DNA of 64,000 nt, taken from positions 278,566,001 to 278,630,000 of the forward strand of contig OZ024743.1 of the NCBI GenBank assembly GCA_964016885.1. The letters run 5' to 3'. A program made the translations under genes and the position numbers. The notes under the pieces were generated by a model. The model was not told where the DNA came from. It was given only the letters and a program-made list of their open reading frames with translations, and did not search any database. This DNA comes from Eledone cirrhosa (Eukaryota). Positions 28,232-45,272 of this stretch are shown piece by piece (within the stretch, counting starts at the first letter, position 1; each line of letters opens with the position of its first letter).

Positions 28232-28876
28232 TAGATCAATCGAAAGCTTTCGATAGGGCCGGCCATCGATTACTGCTACAAGTGTACGTGCATTACTGAA
28301 TTGTGGAGTTATGTCGAACAGCTGTTATTCCGTGTAGGTTGGGTCTGGCTATCGACCCTGTCCATAGTGAAGATCGACTCACCGCCATCTTTTGGCCAGG
28401 AAGGGCAGTGAAAGTTCCTCTGTCTGGTGGCAGTAGCGGAAGCGTTTGTATGGTGGACCAGATTAAAAGGACTGAAGATAGACACTTTTCTCTTCGGCCA
28501 ATCCCTCATTAACTTTTTCAAGTTTCACTTGGAAAGGAAGGTGAGGATGGAGAGAGAAGTGCTGCCTCTCAGTACACCTGCTTCAAAGAGGGTGAATGTA
28601 GCGAGAATGGCACTACTCTGAGGATGCACCTGTCGGCCGGTTAATATGAGAAGAAGAGGTGTGCCCTCGAAACGTTGGGTGATTCAGGATTGGTGGGGGT
28701 ACCTAAGTGACCCTGGGTGGTTATCGCCCCTATTGAGGAAATTCTTTGGGTTGCATTTTTCTTGTTATTTTATTATTGTTATTTATATTTTTACTCGATG
28801 TTTGTGTAAAACCCTCACTGTCCCCATTTATTGTATTGTCCCCTATATGTCGGCCCCTGTGGCCAATCGAGGAAAC
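28232..28876 (+). mobile_element. Degenerate L1/Tx1-family fragment (RT bit and 3' end)
   Basis: LDQSKAFDRAGH at ~28231; MAVAEAFVWWTRLKGLKIDTFL..FFKFHLERKVRMERE matches 58320-58510. Confidence 0.8.
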
Positions 28877-29409
28877 CATTATAATCATTACTACTATTAC
28901 TACAACAACAACAACTACTACTAATATTATTTTTTATGAGTGGTTCTTATTGTTCAGAAATGCACTGGGTATTTGCTGGCCTTGTGACTAACGTAGAAAT
29001 AATTATTATTCTTACTATTATTATCATTATCATTACCAACAACATCATCATAAACAACAACAATAATAATAGATAAGAAAAAGAAGAAAAAATATTAATT
29101 ATTATTATTATTATTATTTATCATCTCTGTCATCACCATTAATATTATTGTCATCATTATTATTATTGTTCTGGTCGTTGTTGTTGTTGTTGTCGTTGTT
29201 GTTGTTGATAATGTTGTTATTAATTTGTGTGTTATTGCAACAGTCTTTCTTCGCCAATTATTCCTCTTGTAACACACGTGCGTATTAATCCCTCCACTTC
29301 CACCTCCACACCTACCCACACCACACAATGCCACACACGCATACACACACACACACACGCACGCGCACACATATACGTATATACATGGAGGCACGCATAA
29401 AGCAAGCAT

Positions 29410-31585
29410 CCATCGCTATTATCATCACATCTAATAATCACAAACACTACATCACCACCCCACCACCACCACCACCACCACCTCCATCATCATCATTCTC
29501 ATCATCATTTTAATGATCATTATTAACATCACAACAACCACCAGCACCATATCTATCATCATCATTCTCATCATCATTGTCATCATCTTTATCATCATCA
29601 CCATCGTTGTCGTCACCGCCGTCATGGCTGTTGTCGTCATCATCATCATTATCACTACGACGAACACCGTCATCATCACCCCGCCCCCGCCTGCAGCAAC
29701 CATCAACATCATCTGTAGTGTCATCATTAATAATACCCCAACCCCCATCACCTCTAGTTATTATCATCTGCATCACCATTATCCCCACCACCGTCATCAT
29801 CAACATCATCATCATCATCCTTAACACGAATACGACGGCAACAACAAGAACAGCAGCAACAACAATAACAAAAACAACAACGACAACAACATCAACAACA
29901 GCGAACTAAACAACCAAACAGCCAGCCGCATACTCAAATATCAAAACTACTGCATCCAATCACCACCTCAACCACAACCCAAACTACCACCAACACCACC
30001 ACCAAAACTACCACCACCACCACCACCACAGCCAACACCACCACCACCACCACCACCACCATCACTTCCACCATCACTATCACTAACCACCACCATCACC
30101 ACCACAATCATCACCATCACCGCCAACACCACCACCACCACCCAAACCACCACCACCACCACCACCATCACTTCCACCATCACTATCACTAATGACCACC
30201 ATCACCACCACAATCATCACCATCACCGCCAACACCACCACCCAGACCACCACCACCACCACCACCACCATCACTTCCACCATCACTATCACTAACCACC
30301 ACCATCACCACCACAATCATCAACACAACCGCCACCACCACCACCACCACCACCACCATCACTATCACTAATGACCACCATCACCACCACAATCGTCAAC
30401 ACAACCACCACCACCACCAAAACACTAGCACCATCACTATCAGCAACATCTTCAACATTATCACCACGAGTCCCCCGCCAACACCTACACAATAGATATT
30501 ATCACTACACCAGCATAAACAACACCACACCTTCGGCGCCTACGCTCGTAGCAGCACTTCTATAAACTGACACCACCACAACCACCACCACCATCACCAT
30601 CACCACAAACACCACCAACACCACCATCACCACCACAAACACCACCACCACAAGCACCAATACCAACATCACCACTACTAACATCACCATCACCATCACC
30701 ACCACCACCACCACCACAATCACCATCACCATCACCACCGCCGCCACAAACGCCACCAACACCACCATCACCACCACCACCACTACTACTATCACCCCCT
30801 CAACAACACCATCACCACCACCACCACAAACACCACCAACACCACCATCACCACCACTAACACCACCACCACAAACACCAATACCACCATCACCACCACC
30901 ACCACTACTACTATCACCCTCAACAATACCATCACCACCACCACCACAAACGCCACCAACACCACCATCACCACCACCACCACTACTACTATCACCCCTC
31001 AACAATACCATCACCACCACCACCACAAACACCACCAACACCACCATCACCACCATCACCACAAACACCAATACCACCATCACCACCACCACCACTACTA
31101 CTATCACCCTCAACAATACCATCACCACCACCACCACAAACACCACCAACACCACCATCACCACCACTAACACCACCACCACAAACACCAATACCACCAT
31201 CACGCACCACCACCACAAACACCACCAACACAACCACCACCACCACCACCACTAACATCACCACCACCATCAACTGACACCACCACGACCACCACTATCA
31301 ACACCACAACCATCAGTGCTGCCATCACCACAATTAACACCACCTCCCACAACCTTCACAACCACTACCACCATCACCCCCGCCACCATCACTGACACCA
31401 CAACCACTACCGCCAGCATCACTAACACCACAACCAACAACAACAAGCACCAACACAACAACCGCCACCACCACCAACAACAAAAACACCAACCACACCA
31501 CCACAACACCAACCACACCACCACCAACACCAACACCACCACCACCTCAACCGCCACTCACTCTCCACCAAAACCACCGCCAGTA
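29410..31585. repeat. Low-complexity (CAC/CAT/CAA)n trinucleotide region with internal ~110-175-bp duplications
   Basis: Directly visible; source of the poly-T/H/V/G pseudo-ORFs. Confidence 0.9.
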
Positions 31586-31936
31586 TTTCATTACGCGAAT
31601 TATATTTGCGAACAAATTACTTACAAGCCAAACAAATTGGTAATAATGATAAATTATAGATTATCAAATATCATTTTAGCTTTATGCCACTTACTGAAGC
31701 CGCAGAAAATCTGTGCATAACTATGTATTTAGTTATGTAGGTATATATGTATATGTGTGTATGTGGTTGTGTGTATACGAATATATATATAATATAAATA
31801 TATATAATATTTATATATATTTATATATATATGTATATTTATATATATATTTATTTATATATATAAAAATATTTATATAATATATATAGAGAGAGATAGA
31901 GATAGATATATGTGTGTGTGTGTATGTGTGTGTATG

Positions 31937-31991
<55 letters not shown>

Positions 31992-32324
31992 CACATACAC
32001 ACAAATATATGTGTGCAAGTGTATGTGTTTGTATATACGCTCCTTATGGATCGATGTGAATATTTATCTATATTTAAACGCACGTACGTACACAAATATA
32101 TAGTTGACACATACGCACTCACAGGCGCATACACAGAGTCACAGAGGCACATACGCACGCATATGAAACATACATATACATTGATGTATTGGATATGTGC
32201 ATGTGTGTTAGAGTGAATGTGTAGGTATGTGGATTGCGTGAAAGAGTATTGGAAGAGAGGGATTTAGAGAGGGCTATTTTAAGCCCCCGGGCGAGAATAT
32301 CGGAAGAATTTATTACATCTTTTA

Positions 32325-33035
<711 letters not shown>

Positions 33036-33444
33036 TAAGGTACACATGTATGAAAATATATATATTAATACTTTATATATATATTAATACACAGACACGC
33101 CTACACATACACATAATATATAATGTATAGGACATGACAGTGTGTGTCTTTTCCTTGAATAAACATATGTATGGTATGTCTGTATATATGTATGTAAGTG
33201 CGTATATATTTATGTGCGTATGTATGTAATACATTAATTTTGTTCCCTATCATTATTTAATACCTTATCGCAAACATTAACAATGGTGTTCTTTGAGTGA
33301 TAGAAACATAAATAAATAGTGAGAGAGGGAAAGAAGTTGAGGAGAATGTTAGATAGAGTCTTAGGCAATGACAGAGAAAGAGAACGGGTATATGTGTTGG
33401 GGAGAGATTCTAGAGCATTCCCGGATGTGTCATTAGATATCAAG

Positions 33445-34080
33445 AGCCAGCCAACCAGCTAACCAACCAATCAACCAACCACACGGCCAACCAGCTAAAC
33501 AATCTACCAACAAGCCAACTAGTCAAATGTCGGATAGACTGATCAGCCAACTAGCCAATCAGCCAACTAACTAATCAGCCAAATAGCCAATTAGCTAACT
33601 AGCCGATCATCCAATGAACCAAATAACCAACCATCCAACCCAGCAATTATCTAACCAAGCTATCTGTACCAACATTACAACCAGCCAACTAACGCACAAG
33701 ACAATCAGGCAGCTAACCAATCAACCAATGTACTAACCAACCAACGTACCAAGCAGTCGCCCCAAAAAACACCATCAACGAATGTACCAATCAGCCAACT
33801 GATCAACTAAACCAGCTTAGCAACCAAACAGTCAACCAGCCAACCAAACAATAACCAACCACACAACCAACCAACCACACAACCATCCAACCACAATACT
33901 AGCCAAACAGCAGCCAACTAACCAGCTGCATAAACAACCAACTAACCAGCCTGTTAGTAAACTAAACAATGAACCAACGAATCTACCAATGAACCAAATA
34001 TTAAACTAAATGACCAATCAAGCAACCTCACAACCATCCAACCAACCACTCATTTAGCCAGCTAGTAGGTCAGCCAGCAG
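33445..34080. repeat. Degenerate (CCAA/CCAG)n tetranucleotide tract
   Basis: Directly visible. Confidence 0.85.
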
Positions 34081-36935
34081 GTACGGTTGTTCTTTTCTTA
34101 GAAAAAATGAACCAACACAATGCAATAATAATTAATCATGTGATGATGAAGAAAATATAAAACTAAATAAACACGAAAATAACAAGAATTTCAATAAATC
34201 CATAAAATAACAATAGTAAAAATAAATTAAAACCAGCTAAAAATGTCTCAAACAAGCCAAAAAGAACATAAAAAACAAATATTAATAACAACCATTAAAA
34301 ACGATAAAAACCAATGACAATTCGATGACGTGATTATTATTGTAAATAGATGGAAAATATGAAGAAAAAAGTCCAGAGTTAGCATTAATTGACATTGTAG
34401 CAATAGTAGTCTTCCATATTTTATTGCAACTAATTGATATTATAGCAACAGTAGTCTTCCATATTTTATTACAGCAAAAGAAATACATAAAATGCCAGCT
34501 CTACCATCGTCACTAAAATTATGAAATACTAACTACTATTACCAACACCACTACTATCTACAAAAACATTATTATTAGCCCCGCCATCATTAGGAGTAGC
34601 ACTAACACCAATAACAACAACCACAACTCAAACGCTAGCACCGCCACCATCACGACCATCACCTTCACACCCTTCACCACTACTAACACCACCAACACTA
34701 CCATTACTGCTTTCGTCACCTATAGTAACAACAACACAAAGGTAGCTACTTCCTTTACTTTAACACTATTAATAGAGGTACTACGGCTTCCACAATCTCT
34801 CACTCATCTCCATGGTCATATGAATCCAATGCCACTGCTGTCGCCATTATTAAGTTCTCCAACAACTAATCTAACTTTATCACAACTAAAACCATAACTA
34901 CTATGGACAACAATATCATCACAACCACTTCGTCTTCATTTCCCTACGCCACTTTCACCCATGCTCGAATAACCACCACCGCTGCCGCCTCCACCTCCAC
35001 CAACGCCTCCACCTCTGCCACCACCACTACCACCTTCGCCACCACCACAACTATTAATCAATGAATAATATATTTTTCATTTTCTCCTCAAATAGGTGAG
35101 ATATTTCTAGACATTTGGGGTTACTCTTGCATACTAGTAGAGAAAAGCATAGGCTTTATCGAACCTCTCTTTACAGCTTAAGCATAGGAGGAATGACGGC
35201 ATAGGGCCCATTTTATGGCTTTCGATGCTGGTAGAATGAAGGGAGGATGCTGTCAGACAAGGGACTTGCCACGAATGCTTACAACAGAGTGTGCTACGCT
35301 CAAGACACGAAGGACCGGGTAGTGCGGGTATTAAACCGGGCGTCAAATTAAGTCTAACCGAATTAGCAATGAATGAATCACTAAGTAAATATACCAGATT
35401 TCGTACATTTATAGAATTCTTAAGAGATTAAATAATTCTTTGACGCCATCTGCATAAAACAACATCAATAAACTAGAAATAAATATGAACTGAGAAAAAA
35501 GAAAGCCGATATTATAAATTGAAAAATATCATTTCGTTTCTTTTCTCTGGATATTTATATCTAGTTAGCCATTTAACGTTTCATGCATTGAATATGTTAA
35601 TAATATATCTGATTATTTTTCATGTGCATGGCGTCTCAGAATTATAACTACTATCACTACTGCTAGCCAAACCATGAGCAACACCACCAACAAAAGCTAC
35701 CAAACCACCTACTAATATTAGAGCAAACGGGGGAGCGTGTACGGTGTTGCTTCGCATTGTAGAAGTAAGTTACATTTCCCGTAAACTACAATTCAATAAG
35801 TTGTAAGTATGGTAAGTCCCTCCCTCGATTTCGACAATGAGCGTTCGTATCGTTTGATCAACTGAACGGCATACTTGTTAGTTTATGGTGTAAAGTGACT
35901 GTGTATACACGTTACCTTAGCATGATTCCCAAGGACATTCAGCGTGAGGCAGTGTTTTGAAAAGGATAGTCTTTTGAATTACAGGCACATTCCAACCTAC
36001 AGTGCTTCAAACATTTTTGTTAACCCAATTTACCTTACAAATCTTTGGTCGACTCTAGGCTACGGTAAGAGTCACCTACGTCAACCACATAAAGTGGGCT
36101 ATAACAAAATCTCGTCGTTGAGAAGCGGATTTCAATACCGTTTAGCCATGCTGCGTTCAGTATACAGTCTTACAAATAAATAAGTTAAATAATATTGTCT
36201 TGGTAGGATATAACAGAGGAAAGCACGGTAAGGTGATAGGCTTCCTACAGCTGGTCAGGGTTAAACATCGATAACAACAACATCAATAATAGTAACATCG
36301 ACAAAAACCTGAACACCGAACCAACGAGAACGCCTCTATGATATTTTTCATCATGCTATAAATAATGCCAAATATTTCTGAAATGCCATGCTAGCATCTT
36401 AAAGCGTAAGGGCGCATCAGATAATATAGTCCTCAATGCATTATATTCAAAAACAAATTGCGTTATCGGGAACGGCTGGAAAATCCTTTGATTATATACC
36501 TGCAGGATAACCGCAGGACTTAACAACACCACTATTTGCCGAGACCACTGGGAGCTTCTACATCGTCAATTAGCCTGCTTAAACAACTAACGAAATCTCC
36601 CTGAAATTACAGGATACTGTCTTCAAAAATGTGAAGTGTATTGTATTAAAAAATATGGGATGCTAATGACAGTAAAACATTTAATATTCTTTTAGTTTCC
36701 CCAATAGAATGTTAATGTTAGCAATTCGATGTGAAATGGTAGAATGATTTCAACTTGAATTGGTTTAAGATTTGATATTGACCATGATATATCTCCTGGG
36801 GCTAGTTTGGTAGAGGCGCAATTTACATGACATTCAATATATGGTGCGGCGCCGGAAATGACGCTACATTAGACCGTAACAATTTTTGTCATAATATCTC
36901 CTCGTTCAGAGCTGACCGGGGTCTGTTCAATATTT

Positions 36936-37060
36936 GTTTCTACTTTAGGCACAAGACCAGCAATTTGAAGGGGAGAGGAGAGTCGATTAAATCAATCCTA
37001 GTGCATTAATGGGGCTTTATTTATCGACCCCTTAAGGATGAAAGGCTAAGCTAACCTCTG
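36936..37060 (-). mobile_element. Meta-domain SINE fragment
   Basis: TTTATCGACCCCTTAAGGATGAAAGGC, shared with the 43416 and 51183 copies. Confidence 0.65.
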
Positions 37061-37793
37061 GCACCATAGTTATAACGGCTACCACAACTATAATCAGTAC
37101 ACACATTCCATAAACCAACACAATTTAACATAGTGATATAAATGAATGTGCAAAGCTTGTATGATTTGAAATGAGAATGAGGAGGAGAGGAGAACAAGTA
37201 AATACTATCAAGGATTTAATCTGGCCATCTACTGTATCTGTTACCCCAAGGATTTTTTCTGCAGCGATAATTATTACAGGGTAAAACTACCACGCCCAGT
37301 ACACTCAACCACAACACACATCTAACAAAAACAACTGTAATAATATTACCTTTAACATCAATACCAGTATTCAACGCTATTTATATTCTCATACAAATAT
37401 TGTCTCATAATCACATATTTCTGTAGGTCTAGACAGTATTCTGGTTTCAAATATCAGTGTATATTTCAGCTTGACCTAAAAAATAATTTGGAGTGATGAC
37501 TCTAAGAGAAAATATAGGATTCAGGCAATCAATGCATTACGATTTTGACCAAGTCGGGTCTCATTGAAATTCATAGCAATCGGAACCACCCGTGCACTTT
37601 TAAACAGAATGACCCAGTTTTTAATAACGTTATGTATACGAAATAGGCGATATAGAATAAGTAAAACAGCATAGATCGTATTAATTAATTTTCTCTTTCC
37701 CTTAGGGAATTTAATTATAAATTAATTTGTACACACACACACATACACAAACACCCATTCACACAAACACACATCCACAAACACACACGCGCG

Positions 37794-37825
<32 letters not shown>

Positions 37826-38261
37826 TACACACATGCACACACACACACATACACACACACATATGAATATATATATATATATATATTAACTACGGTCGTC
37901 AGTAGTAATCTAGGATGATTAAGCAGTTAAGATAATACTTCTTGAAACCCCTCCCTGCCCTCTTAAAAGAATGAGGGACCCATGTGATAAAATAATGCTA
38001 ATAGATGTTCGTAGCTGAAACAACCTTGCTCTTATATCTGCTATATATCTGCAGTAAAACAATAACAACCGCAATGTAATACGTTGGTTTGCTAGATTGG
38101 AAAAAAAGATTAAAATCTCAGAACTGTACTGAAGTGCACTTATTTTAAAGGCTGCGATTTTGAGTCTCTAAGCGAAATAAGTAATATCCCAGTAGGCCAA
38201 TATAGTAAATCACCCTTCAATACACTCTTATTCCCTCAAAAGATAGTGTACATATTTAAAG

Positions 38262-38565
38262 CGAGAGGCTTAGCGGTCAGGGTGTTCAACTCCCGATCGG
38301 GAGTTTGATTTCCAGCGTTGGGTTGTAGTTTTGAGCAAATAACTTAATTCATTTTGCTTCAGATCCACTCAGCTGGCAAAAATGAATTGCAACTGTAACT
38401 CAAGACGCAAGATTTGTCACATATTTTGTCAGGTCAAATCGTCTTGAGAAATACATTAAGGATGCAGATGTCAGTGGAATGCTCAGCCACTTGCAAGTTA
38501 ATATCATGAACAGGCTGTTCCGTTTCTCGCAGAACTGGAATACTTGTCGTCGGAACCGACGGAAG
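38262..38565 (+). mobile_element. Old tRNA-derived CORE-like SINE
   Basis: GGCTTAGCGGTCAGG (A box), GAGTTTGATTTCC (B box), TTGAGCAAATAACTT; 3' body resembles the reverse complement of 35845-35995. Confidence 0.6.
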
Positions 38566-40669
38566 TTGAAACATTGAAAATACTTACATTTTTGAGTGAT
38601 AATTCACAGTTATATGAAGAAATTTCTTCTATCATAATTCTGAGTTGACCTAAAGCTTGTGTGTAAAATTGTGTATACAAACATTATTCATAATTGGATA
38701 AACTGTAACTGTAGGTAAAGGTCCACCCTTGCCACACGCATTCACTTGAATGTTATCTTAAACGTACACTTGTTACTGGATTAGTCAGCCATGTATATTA
38801 CATTTCAATAAGTAAGTCGTTACACAGATCGTGAACCTAGCATACTTCTTGACAAATCCAATGAGAATCCACAGCAGATTGGAATAAATTACAAGGTACA
38901 CAAAAGATTGCAAGGCGCATCATATCAATTTGTACACAGATAACACCTTCTACTATATACACAACGAAAAAGACCGCCTTGATACACGTGAGACAGGGTT
39001 TGGTGTCCCAGCAGTTTTAAACACCTCAAAACTTGCTCACTACTTGAAATATCACTTCTAACCCCCACGGTATATGTAAAACCTCTTCCAGATAATTATT
39101 GTAACAATATCTCAAAAAATGGAAATCAGGAAAACAAATAAAAATACATGCACAGAACTAGCTACAAGATGGATAGCGGTACTGGCCCCGCACACATTTC
39201 TGAGATATTAAATAACAACAATAAGTGCAGTGATGCAATAAATGTTGCACACTGACATCGGCCATAATCACAACATGGAGGTGTGCAGAAACAGACTAGA
39301 CAGGCATGAGCCCAAATTTAAAAAAAGGGCGGTAACTCAGGTTGTTTTGATTTGTTTCTTCAAAATTTGTACACGTTGTTTTCCTCGATCGTAAAAATGA
39401 TAGATAGATAAATTACGACTGAAAAGTTGGGGTAAAACATTCAGAAAGATTTCACTTAGGTGATTTAGGTGAGCCACTCAGAAAGCTTCGCGGGCCGCAG
39501 GTGGCCCATGACTGGACTACACCATGGAGACAGATTAATATATTAAGATTATCATACTGTGCATTATAAAATTCATCAAGGCATGTCAGCATGTACCTTA
39601 TGACGCTAATCTACTCGTAGACGTAGAATACCAGGTGGTTGAGGCATGAGCCCGGGCTACTTATTGATAACAACTAGCACCAGTAAAAATAACAATATTT
39701 CCCTAACTATCCAACTGCACAACCACAGCAATAACAATCATGGCTTAATTAAAAAAAATATCAAAAAATATCACTACCAACTACACTCAGCACAACTACT
39801 TCCAGCACAACTAGCACAAGCACCTCGTTTATCATATCTACATCACGAATATCCTCTCACTATCCCTCCACGACGACCACCACGACGACAACAACAACAA
39901 CAACCAGCATGAATACGACGATGTCTACCACCAACTGTACATCCAATACTACCATCATAAGCATTACCGTCTACCTCACACAAAAAAAGCTACAACCACT
40001 ATTACCTATAACTACCAACCACGATGAAGAATTACTACCACCATTACCTGCTTATCCAACCTACCTACCTACCTACCTACCTACCATTAACAACTCCATG
40101 ATAACCGCCGCCTTCATCACCAGCACCATCATCACCATCATCAAGAGCAGCTACAACAATAACAATAACTTTACCATCTATGGTACAACTAATTATTACA
40201 CAGTGAACCACCCAATGCCCATTCCATGGGCGTAACACTAAATTGAAGAAAAAAAAAATCCCTCACTATTGTTAATTGGCTTTCATATACTGTTGTCGTT
40301 TCGTTGTAGATCTCTTTCTATTGTTGATGTTAGTTTCGTTTTTGGTGTTGTTGTTTTTGTTGTAAACATTGCAAGCTAGCTCGTTATTTCCTCGTGTCAT
40401 CTCTTTAGTAACAGGCTCGAATCACATCAAAGAGAGTCAATATTTACACAAGAACCTTGATTTGGTTACAACCTCTTACCTTGAACTTAAATAACATTTA
40501 TTTTTTTGCTTGGCTTTTGCAGACTTCAGAATTTCCTTTTCTTTTTTATATTGTGTATATTATTATTAGTATTATTATTATTAATAGTATTATGGGTGTG
40601 CGTTATGTGATCAATAATGAAATATATAAACATATACGTCTGCTAAAATAAACATATATATCTATCTCG

Positions 40670-40722
<53 letters not shown>

Positions 40723-40771
40723 TTAAAGGTTAATTAGCCTCTAATACTTAAATTTAATATGTAATATATAT

Positions 40772-40819
<48 letters not shown>

Positions 40820-40949
40820 TACATAAGTAATTTTAGTTTTTCACCTCCCCCACTCATTTACCTGAATTATTTAAACTGTATTCGGTATTGAATACCTTTT
40901 CTCACTCCTGGCAACAACACACAAAAATCTTCTTCTTCTTCTTCTTCTT

Positions 40950-41135
40950 CTTCTACGATCATTAGCCAGGGCTTGAAGATTGTACTTAAGATTGTCTTTA
41001 TATATGAGTAATAGTTTACCTACATTACATGCACCACCATGAAGTTGACTGTATAACTGTACATTGGTTGTGCGGTCCTCAGCCCATCTCAGTTGAGATT
41101 GCATCAGAAATGACACAATCCCACCGATTTGCAAC
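40950..41135 (-). mobile_element. RTE-BovB-like LINE 3' coding remnant
   Basis: IVSFLMQSQLRWA..QLYSQLHGGACNVGK..YKDNLKYNL, followed by a (GAA)n tail on the minus strand. Confidence 0.65.
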
Positions 41136-41705
41136 TCGAGATCGGAATTAAAAATTCCGTCAGAAATTGTATAACCACAGATAGAACGAAGACAATGTTT
41201 GTAGAAAACATCAAGCTTATAAATGTGGCTGCAATAAAGTGCCTATGACTCCGAGCTATACAAGAGTGTTGTCAGTATCACTGCATCTTAAATTGCAGCT
41301 TGCACTTTCTGACTCCACCTAGACAGAGACTTTTATGTTGAAATTTGTGGTGGTTGTAGGTTGGTTACATATGTGAAGATGATAAAGTAGTGACAGTGTA
41401 GGGAATTGCTAATATACCTATGCAACAAAACAGTAGTAAATACCAAAATTTACAAAATTGAAATAGAATGAACGGCTAAGATATTTGACCATCAAAACCA
41501 GATAGACAATATATTAACTAGAGAAAACCTCAGAAATATACGCCGGCAAAGGTATGTAATCTTCCGAATAACTATTATCTGATGGAAGATATCAGAATCT
41601 GAAATTCGAATAATGACGAATATTGTAGATTATATAGTAATATGAACAAACGATAGAATACGCATTGAGTACTATTTTCCCGATTCTTTACAAACTTCTA
41701 CATTT

Positions 41706-41913
<208 letters not shown>

Positions 41914-42057
41914 AGATTTTAGTTATAATATACGCATTATAAATTTACAAATCATATTGACTACCTCCTATCGTGAATTATATAATTATATATACCACTT
42001 TACAATACATGAACACCACTGAATAAAGTCATATATGTACACATGCACCAACAACGG

Positions 42058-42102
<45 letters not shown>

Positions 42103-42539
42103 CATACTTACATACATACTTACATACATATAAACATACAGACATGCATGCATACATACATACATATACATACATGCATAAATACATATATTCATAGATT
42201 CATATATGTGGGAAATATGTGTGCGCGTTACTGTATGTATGGTTTTTCCGTATAGGCATGGCTGTGTACATTACTGAGTAATATTACTTTTGAGAGTAAT
42301 AAAACATACCAGATGTAAAAAACAGAGAAAAAAATACACAGAGAAAAAAATGGACCCATGAAATGATACAAAAAATAATATAAAAAAACTCTCCAGAAAC
42401 TGGAGATTAGAATGTAGTCTTTTAAAAGAATTTTTACGCTATCTTATAATGTTTTTGTCATTGCACTTTTCTCTAGGAACGTATGTATATGTGTGATTGT
42501 ATACTACGTTTCTGCCTTTATGCATGTGGGTATGAATGC

Positions 42540-42572
<33 letters not shown>

Positions 42573-42598
42573 TGTATGTATGTATGTATGTATGTATG

Positions 42599-42629
<31 letters not shown>

Positions 42630-42725
42630 GTATGTATCATGTATGTATGTCTATATGTCTGTATGTGTGTACAGCAGCGATTGAATACATGTGTATATAC
42701 ATATCCATATATACATATATCTCTC

Positions 42726-42816
<91 letters not shown>

Positions 42817-42912
42817 ATATTAAGCTAAAGCCAAAATCTCGATTGGGGTATATAAGTTAGAGAAACTAAAATAAGTCAGGTTCACTTATATAATATCCCC
42901 AACTGCACACAC

Positions 42913-43005
<93 letters not shown>

Positions 43006-43415
43006 TATATGTGTGAGTTATATATATGCATATATATATGTATGTATAAATGTATATGTATATACAATATGCATATATATAAAAATATAAATGTGTGTAT
43101 GTGTGTGTGTGTGAGAGAGAGGGATTATGTGTATGTATATGTGGATAATACTGCATATCTGTATGCAAGTGTGTGTATAGTATTGTATGTATAAATGTTT
43201 TTCTTCAGAACGGGAGTTGAAACCGCTGTAGCTAAAACGTTAGCGTCGAGGGGGAGATATACAGTATATAAAGTACCACATAAAATAAGTGAAAATTAAC
43301 AAAAAATAAAATGAAATAAAAAATGTATCTCAACTTCAGGAGATTAGTAGTAAATTCAGACGAGAACTCTTTACCAAATAAGATCTATTATTATAACAGC
43401 GCTGCTATTAATAAT

Positions 43416-43632
43416 GGTTTCTTATATAGGCACAAGGCCAGCAATTTCGGGAGAGTGGAAAGTCGATTAAATCGACTCCAGTGCGTGACAGATACTTTAT
43501 TATATCGAATCCGTAAGGATAAAAGGCAAAGTTAACCTCGGCGGGATTTGAACTTAGATAATAAAGGCCCGAAACATTATGCTGAAAAAGCATGGCGTTC
43601 GACCCTCTACCGATACTGCCAATCCACCGCCC
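43416..43632 (-). mobile_element. tRNA-derived Meta-domain SINE
   Basis: Reverse complement TGGCAGTATCGG (A box), GTTCAAATCC (B box), GCCTTTTATCCTTACGG..CGATA. Confidence 0.78.
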
Positions 43633-43869
43633 TCAGCGCTGTTATTAATAATATTAATAATAATTAAAATATAGAGAACAAAATACACCAAATGAAAAAC
43701 CAAAAGAAAAACCAAACAAAATTGTTGAAGAAAGATTATCCTCCTCAAAATCACGATGTTACTTCTAAAACATACACACATACACACACGCAGACATACA
43801 CATGCATGCATTGCACACCCACGCCCACACCCACACATACATACATACATACATACATATATACATATA

Positions 43870-43905
<36 letters not shown>

Positions 43906-43941
43906 TGTTTGTTAAGTGCGTAAATATATATATATATATAT

Positions 43942-44128
43942 ATAACAAAGAAGATGTGGTAATATAGCATGTGGACCATAGTACACGATACCTAGGATAG
44001 TAGAGTTGATAATAGGAAAAGAGTGAGGACCCCAACGGCTGAGCTGCGGCGGTTTAGACAGCTAGATCCAAGTTCAGATGTAGATGTCGAAACGGCCGGA
44101 GGTCAGCCGTCGGGTTCCTGACTCTTTT

Positions 44129-44133
<5 letters not shown>
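43942..44133. mobile_element. Family P element with terminal fold-back (44012-44133)
   Basis: ATAGGAAAAGAGTGAGGACCC... / ...GGGTTCCTGACTCTTTTCCTAT; (TA)n flanks. Confidence 0.7.
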
Positions 44134-44205
<72 letters not shown>

Positions 44206-44299
44206 TAGTGGTATGTAGACAGCGAAAAATTCCTATGAAAACACTTTCTTGCTATAAAGAGCATAAAATATCGGGTGAAGACCCTATATAGACGGGGTG

Positions 44300-44712
44300 A
44301 ATGTGGCCATCCCGTAATCTGGTGGAGCGTTGGGGCGCTGCAGACGACCTGGCAACCAGCTTCTTCCATTCCTGTACCCTCTCCGCCCTCCTCATGGTTG
44401 CACCCTGCTTTGTACCTGTCTATTCCGGGATGTAGTCCTCACATCTCTTTTGCTGTCTACCCCTCTTACTGCCTCTTTGTGCTGTTCCATGCAGTACACT
44501 CTTGGCAAGATCTGAACATCTTGTCACGTGCGCGTACAATCTCATTTGCCGTTGATTTACAACGGGGAGTAAGTTTTCGTAGGGTTCGATGCTTTGCCAA
44601 ATTCTGTTTCGCACCTCCTCATTGGAGATGTGGCCTCTGTAAGTGATGTCAAGTAGCTTTCTGAAGAATCTCATATCCATAGCCTGTATCCCTCTTTCCA
44701 GATCTAAAGATG
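44300..44712 (-). mobile_element. RTE-clade LINE 3' fragment
   Basis: IQAMDMRFFRKLLDITYRGHISNEEVR..RQMRLYAHVTR..LAKSVLHGTAQRGSKRGRQQKRCED. Confidence 0.85.
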
Positions 44713-45081
44713 ATAACCGATATACATATATATGCACATATTAACATGCATATGTGCGTTTGTGCGCGTATGTATGTATTTTCGATGCTACTTAAGTCGG
44801 TTTCGATGTTGATCAGTTAGTTATTTCATCAACCTAACTATCTGCTGGAGAATTAATACAGCATGTGGCAAGACCCGTTTTCCCTTAATGTAATTCTCAT
44901 GTTGAAAATGTTGGTCCTTTGAATTAAAGCGTTGTCTAACCAGTTTATGCCAGAACACATGGTTTGATCCAAGACTAAGTCACACAAGACTCTAAGCAGT
45001 GGCATCAAACCATGTACTCATGTTTGCGAAGTAAAATTCTTCAGCGATTCATTATGTGTGGCTGCATTCCTACCCACACAA

Positions 45082-45149
<68 letters not shown>

Positions 45150-45235
45150 TTATATATATATATGTGTGTGTGTGTCTGTTTTCAAAACGTTTCAAAATAA
45201 ACATACAGTATATTATCAAATATTCAATACATACA

Positions 45236-45270
<35 letters not shown>

Positions 45271-45272
<2 letters not shown>

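Noticed and set aside
29410-31720. Mucin-like or His-rich ORFs
   Set aside because: Trinucleotide low complexity with stops and frame breaks, and no convincing splice or domain context.
39170-39520. Possible hAT transposon end (GCGGGCCGCAGGTGGCCC)
   Set aside because: Only one TIR-like end, with no partner, TSD or coding motif identified.
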